Origin: a bacterium
Lineage (GTDB): Bacteria; DUMJ01
Assembly: GCA_049970495.1 (NCBI GenBank)
Contig: JBMFMV010000059.1
Coordinates: 1 to 11,821, forward strand
DNA: 11,821 bases
Direction: 5' to 3'
How positions within the stretch are numbered: the stretch's first letter is position 1; the number at the start of each line of letters is the position of its first letter. The position numbers and the translations under genes are program-made. This document shows positions 1 through 7,853 of the stretch, one piece after another. The notes beneath the pieces are model-generated. The model was given only the letters and a program-made list of their open reading frames with translations, ran no database searches and had not been told where the DNA came from.

Positions 1-529
1 CTATCAGTGAGCCACCACCTCCCAAGGTAGGGTCTTGCCTCCAAGCTCCAGAGATAGGTGGGTACCAACAGGAAAGTTGAGCCCTAGCAAATACTATTTC
101 TCCTAACTCTCCGTTTTTTATCATCTCTTTGGCTTTATTATGTAAGGAGTGAAATCTCATCATATATCCTACACCAAGTTTTACGTTATTCTTTTTACAT
201 ATCTCTATAGCAGATTCTGCCTCTTTCGAATTTAAAGCTAGGGGCTTTTCACACAGTATGTGCTTTCCAGCTAGGGCTGATTTTACAACCTGATCTTTGT
301 GTAGATATACAGGTGTTGCAATGTATACTGCCTGGATACGAGCATCACTAAGGATGTCTTCTATATTAGTGTAATACTCTACTCCAAACTTTTCTCCTGC
401 CTCCCTTGCCTTATCTTTGTCTACATCCATAACTGCAACAAGCCTTGCATTCTTTGCTTTTTTAATTCCTTCAGGAATGGTTCTCCTATATGCTATACCA
501 CCACATCCAATAACACCCCAGTTAATCAT
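1..529 (-). CDS. Gfo/Idh/MocA family NAD(P)-dependent oxidoreductase (3' end beyond the window edge)
   Basis: Not in the ORF track; translated by hand from ATG at 529: MINWGVIGCGGIAYRRTIPEG...AVYIATPVYLHKDQVVKSALAGKHILCEKPLA...GYMMRFH...WRQDPTLGGGGSLI. Shows the Rossmann GxGxxA motif, the family EKP motif and the GGG-L-I motif. The frame is open to position 1. The start overlaps the upstream stop (ATGA at 529-526). Confidence 0.93.
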   Translation of the reverse strand, partial: MINWGVIGCGGIAYRRTIPEGIKKAKNARLVAVMDVDKDKAREAGEKFGVEYYTNIEDILSDARIQAVYIATPVYLHKDQVVKSALAGKHILCEKPLALNSKEAESAIEICKKNNVKLGVGYMMRFHSLHNKAKEMIKNGELGEIVFARAQLSCWYPPISGAWRQDPTLGGGGSLI

Positions 530-1611
530 ACACCACCCTCCGTTTTTATATGATTTAGAAACTCTTCCTCGTAGACTTTTAACCGAAGTGAGACTGATTC
601 TTCCCAGCGCTTTTTAAAGGCAAATCCAGCAATAATCCAAATTTCGCCATGTTCTTTCTCGAAGAGATAAGGATAACTCAGTTGCCCTCCAGGTTGGCGA
701 GCTATAACTATTGGTTTTGTCCACGTTCTACCTTCATCTTCTGAGAATGTTATGGATAATTCCTCTCTAAACCAGGAGGATAAAACTTCCGAGTGTTGAG
801 GTAAATACGGTCTTTGATAAACTCCACTTTCGGGACCAACCCTATTCCAAACTAATACTAGTCTACCACTATGGAGCCTTAATAAATAACCTGGAGAACT
901 ACTTGCATCTATTACGCTTGGCTTTATAATTCTCCAATATCTGCCACTATCTTTAGATATAGCTTGCCAGAAGTAATCGAGGTTAGTCCTGATAAGCATA
1001 ATAATTCTTCCATCACTTAATTCAGCAAGAGTTGGTTCAGTTGCCCCATCATGATGTCCATGTCCCCCTAGATCTATAATATTGCTTCTTTTCCAAGTTT
1101 TTCCTTCATCGTCTGAATAACAAGAAAAGACAATAAATCTACCAGGAGAGCTTGCTAGGTGCGATACTGGAAAGATAATTCTCCCTTGTGATGTCTGTAT
1201 AAAGCCAAAGAAGTTAGCATTATATCCTTCGACTACTCTTTGGTTATCTATCCAATTCTCCCCACCATCTATGCTTCTTATAGACCAGACCTCTAATTTA
1301 CAGTCTTCTCCTGGCTCTTTATTTATTTCATTCCATGAAAAGTGGTAGGTTGTAAAATTGAGATAAACTAAGACAAGAGTATTATTTGAGGTTTGCAAAA
1401 AATAGTACGAAGCAGGCTCTTTAGAATTTATTCCTTTACATATAAAGCTTGCCTCCGACCATGTTCTTCCCCCATCTTTACTCTTTCTAAGTCCTTCCGT
1501 ATCTATAGTAAGAAGTGTTCCATCTTTTAAAATAATAAATGGCCCATTCCTTTCTATCTCCAATTGACTAGTAAGTGGATGAATCCATCTTTCTCCTAAA
1601 TTTTCACCCAT
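526..1611 (-). CDS. BNR/Asp-box beta-propeller sialidase-like glycoside hydrolase (GH33-like), no signal peptide
   Basis: Five Asp-boxes: SKDGGRTW, SIDGGENW, SDDEGKTW, SKDSGRYW, SEDEGRTW. Sialidase-type ATEP (Glu), IRT (Arg) and C-terminal SYP (Tyr). RBS AAGAGG upstream of the ATG. Confidence 0.85.
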   Translation of the reverse strand: MGENLGERWIHPLTSQLEIERNGPFIILKDGTLLTIDTEGLRKSKDGGRTWSEASFICKGINSKEPASYYFLQTSNNTLVLVYLNFTTYHFSWNEINKEPGEDCKLEVWSIRSIDGGENWIDNQRVVEGYNANFFGFIQTSQGRIIFPVSHLASSPGRFIVFSCYSDDEGKTWKRSNIIDLGGHGHHDGATEPTLAELSDGRIIMLIRTNLDYFWQAISKDSGRYWRIIKPSVIDASSSPGYLLRLHSGRLVLVWNRVGPESGVYQRPYLPQHSEVLSSWFREELSITFSEDEGRTWTKPIVIARQPGGQLSYPYLFEKEHGEIWIIAGFAFKKRWEESVSLRLKVYEEEFLNHIKTEGGV

Positions 1612-1629
1612 ATTAGTAAACCTCTTCTT

Positions 1630-2508
1630 TCATATAATTCTGAGTTCTCTAAGAATTAATTCAACTGTTTTTTCCGTCTCCTCATCAGCTGGACAGAAGG
1701 GCTTGCATACGTAATCTTCACATATCCCTTGGAGTTTTAGTCCATACTTGATAGCTTGAATCCATGAATCCTTACAAAATTCTAGGAGTTTATTAATCTT
1801 ATTTTGCAGCTCTTCCACCTCCCTGGTGTTATTCTCTTTTGCCACTTTATAGATCTCTATAAATATCTTTATAGCCACATTTCCTACCCCAGTTACTAGT
1901 CCGTCGGCACCTGCTAATAAAGCTTCTTTTAATCTCCTTTCATCCCCCTGGAGCACAAAGAATTTATCACTTTTTAAACTAAGTATTTTTGAAAAGAGAT
2001 TATAATCACAAGAGCTGTCCTTGATTCCAATAATATTTGGGTGTTTACTAAGCTCTAAAATTGTATTAAACTCAAGTCTAATTTTAGTCATTATCGGATT
2101 ATGATATATAATTAAAGGTAAAGGACTTCTTTCTGCTATTTCTGTGTAAAAGTCAAGGATTGTTTTTTGGTTTAAGAAGTAGAAAAATGGGGGGAGTGAT
2201 ACCACAGCGTTTGCTCCTATCTCATTAGCCTTCAATATGTTGTGGATTATCCTTTTTGTCCCTGTGTCAGAAACTCCAGCTAAGACAGGAACTCTCCTAT
2301 TTACCGTCTCTACGACCTTTTCCAGGAGATAAAATCTCTCCTTATCTTCTAGCGGAGCAAATTCCCCCATAGAACCAAGAGGAAATACTCCAGAAACTCC
2401 TGAATTTATAAGGTATTCTACTAATTTTATCACCCCTTCCTTATCTATCGATTCTTCTCGATCTATAGGGGTTACTAAAGCAGGGATAACTCCTCTAATC
2501 TTTAACAT
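1630..2508 (-). CDS. DapA/NanA (dihydrodipicolinate synthase / N-acetylneuraminate lyase) family class I aldolase, probably catabolic
   Basis: Motifs GVIPALVTP, GSMGE (GxxGE), IYHNP (catalytic Tyr) and IIGIKDSS (Schiff-base Lys). RBS AGGAGG. Located in a sugar operon, not a lysine biosynthesis context. Confidence 0.92.
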   Translation of the reverse strand: MLKIRGVIPALVTPIDREESIDKEGVIKLVEYLINSGVSGVFPLGSMGEFAPLEDKERFYLLEKVVETVNRRVPVLAGVSDTGTKRIIHNILKANEIGANAVVSLPPFFYFLNQKTILDFYTEIAERSPLPLIIYHNPIMTKIRLEFNTILELSKHPNIIGIKDSSCDYNLFSKILSLKSDKFFVLQGDERRLKEALLAGADGLVTGVGNVAIKIFIEIYKVAKENNTREVEELQNKINKLLEFCKDSWIQAIKYGLKLQGICEDYVCKPFCPADEETEKTVELILRELRII

Positions 2509-2516
2509 TCTTCCTC

Positions 2517-2966
2517 CTAAGAATAGGCTAAAGGGGGTTTATCATTCTTCTTTTTTACTACAAGTCTACATATACCTCTTTCTCTGTCTAAGAATTCAAT
2601 AGCATAGAAGAATCCATACTTCTCTATAATCCTGCGATAGAGAAGATCACAATGGTCGCAGTAATTAGGATACTTTTTTACTCCGCTATTATTTAAGATA
2701 TTTATAGAAGGGCATTTTTTCATGTAAATTTCAAACTCATCAGCTTCTACCTTCATTTCATAGTCTGCCCCTTCTTCTGTTAATGTATGAGTCCAATATT
2801 CTTCCATCCCTCTTATCCCCTTCTCTTGGACTAACTTATCTAGATTGTTTAGAAATTCATCCGAAATGTATTTCCAAAATTCAATTACAGCTTGTTTGCC
2901 ATAATTCTCGTCTAAGAAAGAAAACAATTCGTTATAGGCCAAGATAAATTCTGTACAAGATATCAT
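2517..2966 (-). CDS. Hypothetical ~149 aa Cys-motif protein, paralogue B (possibly V4R / ATC-hydrolase-like fold)
   Basis: Start moved from 2996 to the ATG at 2966 (MISCTEF...). It follows GGAGG and overlaps the upstream TGA (ATGA). Motifs KKCP, YCDHC and a C-terminal GIC. The fold assignment is inferred from the Cys pattern only. Confidence 0.8.
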   Translation of the reverse strand: MISCTEFILAYNELFSFLDENYGKQAVIEFWKYISDEFLNNLDKLVQEKGIRGMEEYWTHTLTEEGADYEMKVEADEFEIYMKKCPSINILNNSGVKKYPNYCDHCDLLYRRIIEKYGFFYAIEFLDRERGICRLVVKKKNDKPPLAYS

Positions 2967-3388
2967 TTTAGCCTCCAAAATTTTTGGGTGCAACAAGCTT
3001 TCTCTTGATCGCTTTCCACACTATACTCTAATCCTGCTTCTCTAGATATGACACTATTGATTATTTTGGTCTGGAGACAAAAATCTTTATATACAGGATA
3101 TCCAACCTCTCTCAAGTGCGTAATAGCTGGACATTTTTTAACCTCTAGAGTAATAGAATCCTTTTCTGTCTTAATCTCAAAATCTCCCCCTTCTAATGTA
3201 AAAATTTTCCTCCAATATTCTTCTAAAGTTATAAATCCATTTTCCTTTATCTCATTTATCAAACTTCTATAACAGTTTTCTCCTATCCTCTCTAAGAACT
3301 CTTCTAAAGTTCTCTTACCATACTTTTCTTCCAAGAACTGAAAAGCACAACTTAGAGCTCCATGAAAATCTTTGTGTACTTTAGACAT
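2963..3388 (-). CDS. Hypothetical ~141 aa Cys-motif protein, paralogue A (possibly V4R / ATC-hydrolase-like fold)
   Basis: Start moved from 3433 to the ATG at 3388 (MSKVHKDFH...), which has RBS GGAGGG 6 nt upstream; the longer start lies inside the stem-loop. Motifs KKCP, DFC and ACC. Aligns without gaps to the neighbouring ORF. Confidence 0.8.
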   Translation of the reverse strand: MSKVHKDFHGALSCAFQFLEEKYGKRTLEEFLERIGENCYRSLINEIKENGFITLEEYWRKIFTLEGGDFEIKTEKDSITLEVKKCPAITHLREVGYPVYKDFCLQTKIINSVISREAGLEYSVESDQEKACCTQKFWRLK

Positions 3389-3413
3389 CTCAAACCCTCC
3401 AAAAATTTGATTA

Positions 3414-3447
3414 GTTCCACCTGCAAGATTCAACCTGCAGGTGGAAC
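3414..3447 (-). terminator. Strong stem-loop just after the SBP gene (mRNA-stabilising hairpin or partial terminator)
   Basis: Perfect 12-bp inverted repeat GTTCCACCTGCA (3414-3425) / TGCAGGTGGAAC (3436-3447) with a 10-nt spacer, 5 nt after the SBP stop. No immediate U-tract on the minus strand (followed by TAATCAAATTTTT). Confidence 0.75.
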
Positions 3448-3452
3448 ATGTT

Positions 3453-5396
3453 TTATTGTTCTATAAAGCACTGTTCAGGATGAGCACGTGCTTGAGACCC
3501 ATAACTTAAGTCTTGTATCCAATTTTCAGGCCAGTTATGGAAGTTATTTTTTACTAAGAAGATATAGGGTAGTTTTCTTCCTCCTGCACCAATAATCCAT
3601 AGATTTTTGGCATGAAGTCTAAGGATTTCTCTACCAATATTGATTCTTTTAATAGGGTCTATAGTAACTTTATACTGTTCCCACAGTTCTATTACCTTTA
3701 ATGCGTCTCCTTCCGGCTTCTCTCCTGCTTTACCTCCTGTCTGATACCAACGGGCCCATTCTCCAGCCCAAGCGGTCCAAGCAGTCATATTGAAGGAGCT
3801 AATCCCTATAAGTAGTGGATTTGTAGAAAATCCTTGAGTGACTACTTCATGCTCATTAGCATTCACTCTAGTTGCCCATAAAGTTCCAATTTCATCTACT
3901 CTTACAGCCGTTTTAACCCCTATATCATTCCAGTACTTTGCTACCATATTTGCCACATCTATCCACTGGAGTGGTTGTCGTGTATCAAGGGTTAATTCTA
4001 ACCTTTTACCGTCTGGACGCATTCTCCATCCATCTGGACCCCTCTTAAGACCTATTTTATCTAAAAGTTCTTCAGCTTTTTTGGGATTATATTCTGCATA
4101 GGCTTTTGCAAATTCTTCTCTGTAAAGTGGTGAAGGTGGCACAATAGTTGGTTGTAGAGGTTCGCATAGGCCAAAATACAATGCCTGATTTATCTCTTCT
4201 CTATTTATAGCTAAAGACATAGCCTGTCGGAATTTAACATCCCTAAATATCTTTCTTAAGACAGGATCTTTTACGGTTTGGTTAAACATTATCGTAGGTT
4301 CTCCAGGATAGAGACCTGTCCATTTTACTACTTTATATCCACCTTTTTCGCGATTTGCCATATAAAGATCATAGTCCATCAGTTTAAACCCTACTCCTTG
4401 CATTTCTCCTTCGCCAGCCATTATCTTTAGAAAGCCTATCGACCAGTCAGAAACGTAGTATACCCTGATAGTGTCTATATATGGTAACTGATTCCCTTCT
4501 GGGTCTATCTTCCAGTAGTAAGGATTTCTTTCTACTTTTATTCCATCGGTCCCCCAAGGCATAGTCGTACGCCAAGCCCAGATAGTTGGAAGTTCAAGGT
4601 TTATAGTAGCATCATTCTTTCTAGCAAAAAGCTGATACCAAAATTGTAGTCCACTCTCCTTTACTAGTGCGTCAAGTTTTTCTTTAGAAGTATATTTTGG
4701 ATGAAATTGCTTTAGGTAGTGTTTAGGAGCATATGGAATCTTAGCTGCAGCTAATTCATAAAGAATTAATGGATAAGGCTGAGTAAAACTGATCTCAATA
4801 GTATAATCATCTATCTTCTTGTACTTCGCTATCTCTCCTCCAGTTATTAGCCAGGTAGGGACAGTAGGTGTGAGCTCTTTATTAAGAATGATGTCTTCAT
4901 ACCAAAACATAATGTCATCTGTAGTAAACGGTTCTCCATCCGACCATTTTATCCCTTTTCTTAGATATAAGACTAAAGTTTTTGTATCTTTTGATAAATT
5001 CCACTTTTCTGCAATATTAGGTTCTATCTTAGTTAACTCTGGACCACAGATACGAACTAATGGCTCATAAGATATTAAAAAATGAATGCCATACCAGGCT
5101 ATGGGAGAGTATCTTCTCCATGTCCCTCCATATTTTCCTATCTTCTCAATTGGTTGAACAACTGGAGGGTTTAAAGGTATCCTCTTCTCTACCGAAGGTA
5201 ATTTTCCTTGCTGTACGAGCTCTTTGAGTTGAGGGGCTTCATTAAACTTAGTAATCTTTTTCCCTGTAAGTTTTTGATAGTCATTAAGATTATACTGACC
5301 TCCAGGAACCACTTTCTGTTGGGCAGAAGAAGATATAGAGATAGTACCCATCAGTAAAGTAAGAACTAACACTATACTAACTAAGATTCTCTTCAT
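3453..5396 (-). CDS. ABC transporter substrate-binding protein, family 5 (OppA/DppA-like, likely carbohydrate-binding)
   Basis: N-terminal signal peptide (MKRILVSIVLVLTLLMGTISISSSAQQ). Family-5 signatures LRKGIKWSDGEPFTTDDI, ERNPYYWK..GNQLPYID and FRQAMSLAINREEI. The LPSVEKRIP..P and GKYGGTW motifs are typical of sugar-binding members. RBS AAGGGAG. Confidence 0.93.
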   Translation of the reverse strand: MKRILVSIVLVLTLLMGTISISSSAQQKVVPGGQYNLNDYQKLTGKKITKFNEAPQLKELVQQGKLPSVEKRIPLNPPVVQPIEKIGKYGGTWRRYSPIAWYGIHFLISYEPLVRICGPELTKIEPNIAEKWNLSKDTKTLVLYLRKGIKWSDGEPFTTDDIMFWYEDIILNKELTPTVPTWLITGGEIAKYKKIDDYTIEISFTQPYPLILYELAAAKIPYAPKHYLKQFHPKYTSKEKLDALVKESGLQFWYQLFARKNDATINLELPTIWAWRTTMPWGTDGIKVERNPYYWKIDPEGNQLPYIDTIRVYYVSDWSIGFLKIMAGEGEMQGVGFKLMDYDLYMANREKGGYKVVKWTGLYPGEPTIMFNQTVKDPVLRKIFRDVKFRQAMSLAINREEINQALYFGLCEPLQPTIVPPSPLYREEFAKAYAEYNPKKAEELLDKIGLKRGPDGWRMRPDGKRLELTLDTRQPLQWIDVANMVAKYWNDIGVKTAVRVDEIGTLWATRVNANEHEVVTQGFSTNPLLIGISSFNMTAWTAWAGEWARWYQTGGKAGEKPEGDALKVIELWEQYKVTIDPIKRINIGREILRLHAKNLWIIGAGGRKLPYIFLVKNNFHNWPENWIQDLSYGSQARAHPEQCFIEQ

Positions 5397-5486
5397 ACAT
5401 TTTCACTCCCTTTCTATTTTTTGTAACTTAAACCTCCCCTTTTTACCTTATCAAATTTATAACTAAGATCCTTTTATAGGTCTTTC

Positions 5487-6698
5487 TTAAATTTGTCTTT
5501 GTGTATCACCTCCCCGATAAGGCAGTATATTGTGGTTAGAGCTTGAATAGAGTAATTCTTTTATTGGTAAAGTAGCTGCCCCTACTGCACAGGCAAGAGT
5601 ACCTAGTTTTGATATAACTATATCCGGGATGGGTGGGAGTGCATGAAGCCTAATAGACCTTTTTACTGGCTCTAGTATAAGGTCTTCTGCCTTTGTCAAC
5701 TCATCTGCTAAAATTATTAGCTCAGGATTGAAAAAGTTTATAAGGTTAGCTATACCTATACCTAGATATTCTCCCACTTCCTCAAATATGTTAAGTATAA
5801 ATTTATCCCCTTTCTTACCCGCCTGAATTATCTCTTCAAATAATCTGTTTTCATCTCTAGGAGAGAATGTTGTATATGCATTATTTTCGATGCCTTCTAA
5901 AGCCTTTTCTATAATTGTTTCGCTAGAAACATATGGCTCAAGACATCCATAATTCCCACATTTACATTTTTCCCCGTCTTTTTCTATAACCATATGTCCA
6001 AACTCTCCAGCCCGGTCATTAGGACCTGAGTATATACATCCATTAATGACTATCCCTGAGCTTATACCTCTTCCCGCTCCTATACAGAGTAGATTATCCT
6101 TTCCTATCCCCGCTCCGTACCATAGTTCTCCTAGAGTTATTGCTCTTACATTATCTTCTATAAAGAATGAAATATCCATATCTTTAAGAAATTTATCTAC
6201 AGATACATCTCTCCAGCCTAGGACTGCTGAAAAGATAACTTCTCTATTTTTTGAATCTATAAGTCCGGGGATACCAATTCCGAGCCCTATTATTCTCTTT
6301 TTATCCAAATCTCTAATGAGAGAGTTATATAGTGCGATTACCTCCTTAAATATATCTTCTGGGGTAGATTTTTCTATCTCGATCCTCTTACTTCTTGTTA
6401 CACTCCCATTTAGCCCTATAATTACTCCAACAATATGTTTGGCATCTATCTCTATACCCACTGATAGATAAGTTCTATTACTTAGGACAAGATTTATCGG
6501 TTTCCTACCCCTCTTTGAAATTGATGATGGGGTTTCAGAGATAAATCCTGCTTTGATAAGCCTATCAGTTATATTTGTAACAGTTGCTGGGCTTAAAGAG
6601 GTCATTTTGGCAATTTCATATCTATTGATAGGTCCGTACCTTCTTATTACATCCAAAACAACTGATATAGAAGACTCTCTTTTTAAACTCTCAATCAC
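5487..6698 (-). CDS. ROK family transcriptional repressor (NagC/XylR/Mlc-like)
   Basis: N-terminal winged HTH (INRYEIAKMTSLSPATVTNITDRLI) and a GRKP linker. ROK domain with EDNVRA, GEFGH and the zinc motif CKCGNYGCLE. GTG start with AGAGG upstream. Confidence 0.95.
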   Translation of the reverse strand: MIESLKRESSISVVLDVIRRYGPINRYEIAKMTSLSPATVTNITDRLIKAGFISETPSSISKRGRKPINLVLSNRTYLSVGIEIDAKHIVGVIIGLNGSVTRSKRIEIEKSTPEDIFKEVIALYNSLIRDLDKKRIIGLGIGIPGLIDSKNREVIFSAVLGWRDVSVDKFLKDMDISFFIEDNVRAITLGELWYGAGIGKDNLLCIGAGRGISSGIVINGCIYSGPNDRAGEFGHMVIEKDGEKCKCGNYGCLEPYVSSETIIEKALEGIENNAYTTFSPRDENRLFEEIIQAGKKGDKFILNIFEEVGEYLGIGIANLINFFNPELIILADELTKAEDLILEPVKRSIRLHALPPIPDIVISKLGTLACAVGAATLPIKELLYSSSNHNILPYRGGDTQRQI

Positions 6699-6714
6699 TA
6701 AGAACCTCTTTCTT

Positions 6715-6731
6715 TTATTTTTTGAAAATAA
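6715..6731. promoter_or_regulatory. Candidate ROK operator 1
   Basis: Perfect palindrome TTATTTT-TTG-AAAATAA overlapping the -10 box and predicted transcription start of the ROK promoter. Confidence 0.45.
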
Positions 6732-6756
6732 TACTACCGTTTTAGACTAGTGTCAA
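6728..6756 (-). promoter_or_regulatory. Sigma70/sigmaA-type promoter of the ROK-SBP operon
   Basis: Minus strand reads TTGACA (6756-6751), 17 nt, TATTAT (6733-6728), about 30 nt upstream of the ROK start. Confidence 0.75.
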
Positions 6757-6763
6757 GAGTTTT

Positions 6764-6788
6764 TATTTTGATTTATAAAATTAAAATA
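6764..6788. promoter_or_regulatory. Candidate ROK operator 2
   Basis: Palindrome TATTTTGATTT-ATA-AAATTAAAATA (10/11 arm match) between the divergent promoters. It shares TTNNTTTNNNAAANTAA with operator 1. Confidence 0.4.
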
Positions 6789-6804
6789 TGATTTGCCTGT
6801 AATA

Positions 6805-6834
6805 TTGCATCTATTGCATTTTATAGTATATTAT
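6805..6834 (+). promoter_or_regulatory. Candidate promoter for the dehydrogenase-aldolase operon
   Basis: TTGCAT (6805-6810) followed by TATATT (16-nt spacer) or TATTAT (18-nt spacer), upstream of RBS GGAGG at 6856-6860. Confidence 0.35.
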
Positions 6835-6872
6835 CTACAAGTTAATCTTAGAAATGGAGGATTTTGAAAGAT

Positions 6873-7844
6873 ATGAAGGTATTAATAGTTCAGCCTATAC
6901 ATGAGGCAGGAATGAATCTATTAAAATCTGCTGGTTTTGATATAGTGTATGCTTCTAGCCCTAACCCTGAAGTAGTCGCTAGAGAAATTAAAGGGATAGA
7001 TGGGGTTATAGTAAGGACCGCTCCATTTACTAGTGAGATTATTAATCAGGCAGATTCCTTAAAGGTTATCTCTAGACATGGGGTAGGTGTAGATAACATC
7101 GATTTAGAGAGTGCCTCTAAGAGAGGTATACTTGTCCTTAATACTCCAGGCGTAAATGATGTCTCAGTAGCAGAACATACTATAGCGATTATGCTTGCAC
7201 TTTCTAAGAGAATAAAAGATATCGATAATGCGGTAAGGATAGGGAACTTCAATATCAGAGATGAGTATTCCATTATAGATATAGATGGAAAGACATTAGG
7301 CATCATTGGTTTTGGAAGAATAGGCTCTTTAGTAGCAAAGAAATGTAAGAATGCTTTTAGCATGAAACTCCTTGTGTATGACCCGTATGTTGATGAGGAG
7401 AGAGTCAAAGAGATTGGAGGAAAACTAGTAGATCTAGAAACTCTGTTGAGAGAATCGGACTTTGTTTCTATACATACGCCACTTAATGATGGGACGAAAG
7501 GACTTATTGGCGAAAGAGAGCTTAGAATGATGAAACCATCTGCGTTTATTATTAATATGGCTAGAGGTCCTATATGGGATGAGAGGGCAGTAGCAAAAGC
7601 TCTCTTAGAAGGATGGATAAGAGGAGCCGGAACAGATGTCTTTGAAGAGGAACCCCCTAGTAGAGATAATGTGCTTTTGAAGCTTGACAATATAATACTT
7701 TCTCCCCATATGGCAGCACTTACTAAAGAGTGTGTAATAAGGATGGCAGTGGGAGCTGCCCAAGGAGTGATTGATGTATTAACTGGTAAAAGGCCTAAAA
7801 ATATAGTAAACTATTCATTACTTGAGAAGTATGGAAAGGTCTAG
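6873..7844 (+). CDS. D-isomer-specific 2-hydroxyacid dehydrogenase (SerA/PGDH-like, no ACT domain)
   Basis: Motifs RHGVGVDNID, GFGRIG (NAD binding), INMARG (Arg), DVFEEEP (Glu) and SPHMAA (His). The start is ATG 6873 or TTG 6864, both downstream of GGAGG at 6856-6860. Confidence 0.93.
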   Translation: MKVLIVQPIHEAGMNLLKSAGFDIVYASSPNPEVVAREIKGIDGVIVRTAPFTSEIINQADSLKVISRHGVGVDNIDLESASKRGILVLNTPGVNDVSVAEHTIAIMLALSKRIKDIDNAVRIGNFNIRDEYSIIDIDGKTLGIIGFGRIGSLVAKKCKNAFSMKLLVYDPYVDEERVKEIGGKLVDLETLLRESDFVSIHTPLNDGTKGLIGERELRMMKPSAFIINMARGPIWDERAVAKALLEGWIRGAGTDVFEEEPPSRDNVLLKLDNIILSPHMAALTKECVIRMAVGAAQGVIDVLTGKRPKNIVNYSLLEKYGKV

Positions 7845-7853
7845 GAGGCTAAG

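Noticed and set aside
417..617. 66 aa plus-strand ORF
   Set aside because: Antisense to the oxidoreductase and sialidase-like genes; no recognisable motif.
1630..2508. Calling this gene dapA or nanA
   Set aside because: Family membership is clear, but the GSMGE variant and the genomic context do not establish either specific function.
3048..3272. 74 aa plus-strand ORF
   Set aside because: Antisense shadow of Cys-motif paralogue A.
2967..3433. Longer ORF-track starts at 2996 and 3433
   Set aside because: The downstream ATGs at 2966 and 3388 have clear GGAGG ribosome-binding sites and make the paralogues co-linear; 3433 lies inside the hairpin.
3838..5070. Plus-strand ORFs 3838-4101 and 4819-5070
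   Set aside because: Antisense shadows inside the well-supported SBP gene.
6046..6750. Plus-strand ORFs 6046-6471 and 6553-6750
   Set aside because: Antisense to the ROK regulator, with the Ser/Ile/Pro-rich composition typical of shadow frames.
6803..6819. Direct repeat TATTGCAT x2
   Set aside because: Short, AT-rich and overlapping the candidate -35 box; not distinguishable from chance.
7046..7690. 214 aa minus-strand ORF
   Set aside because: Ser-rich antisense shadow of the dehydrogenase; no motifs.
6873..7844. Calling this gene serA
   Set aside because: No ACT domain, and it is paired with a catabolic aldolase; the substrate cannot be determined from sequence.
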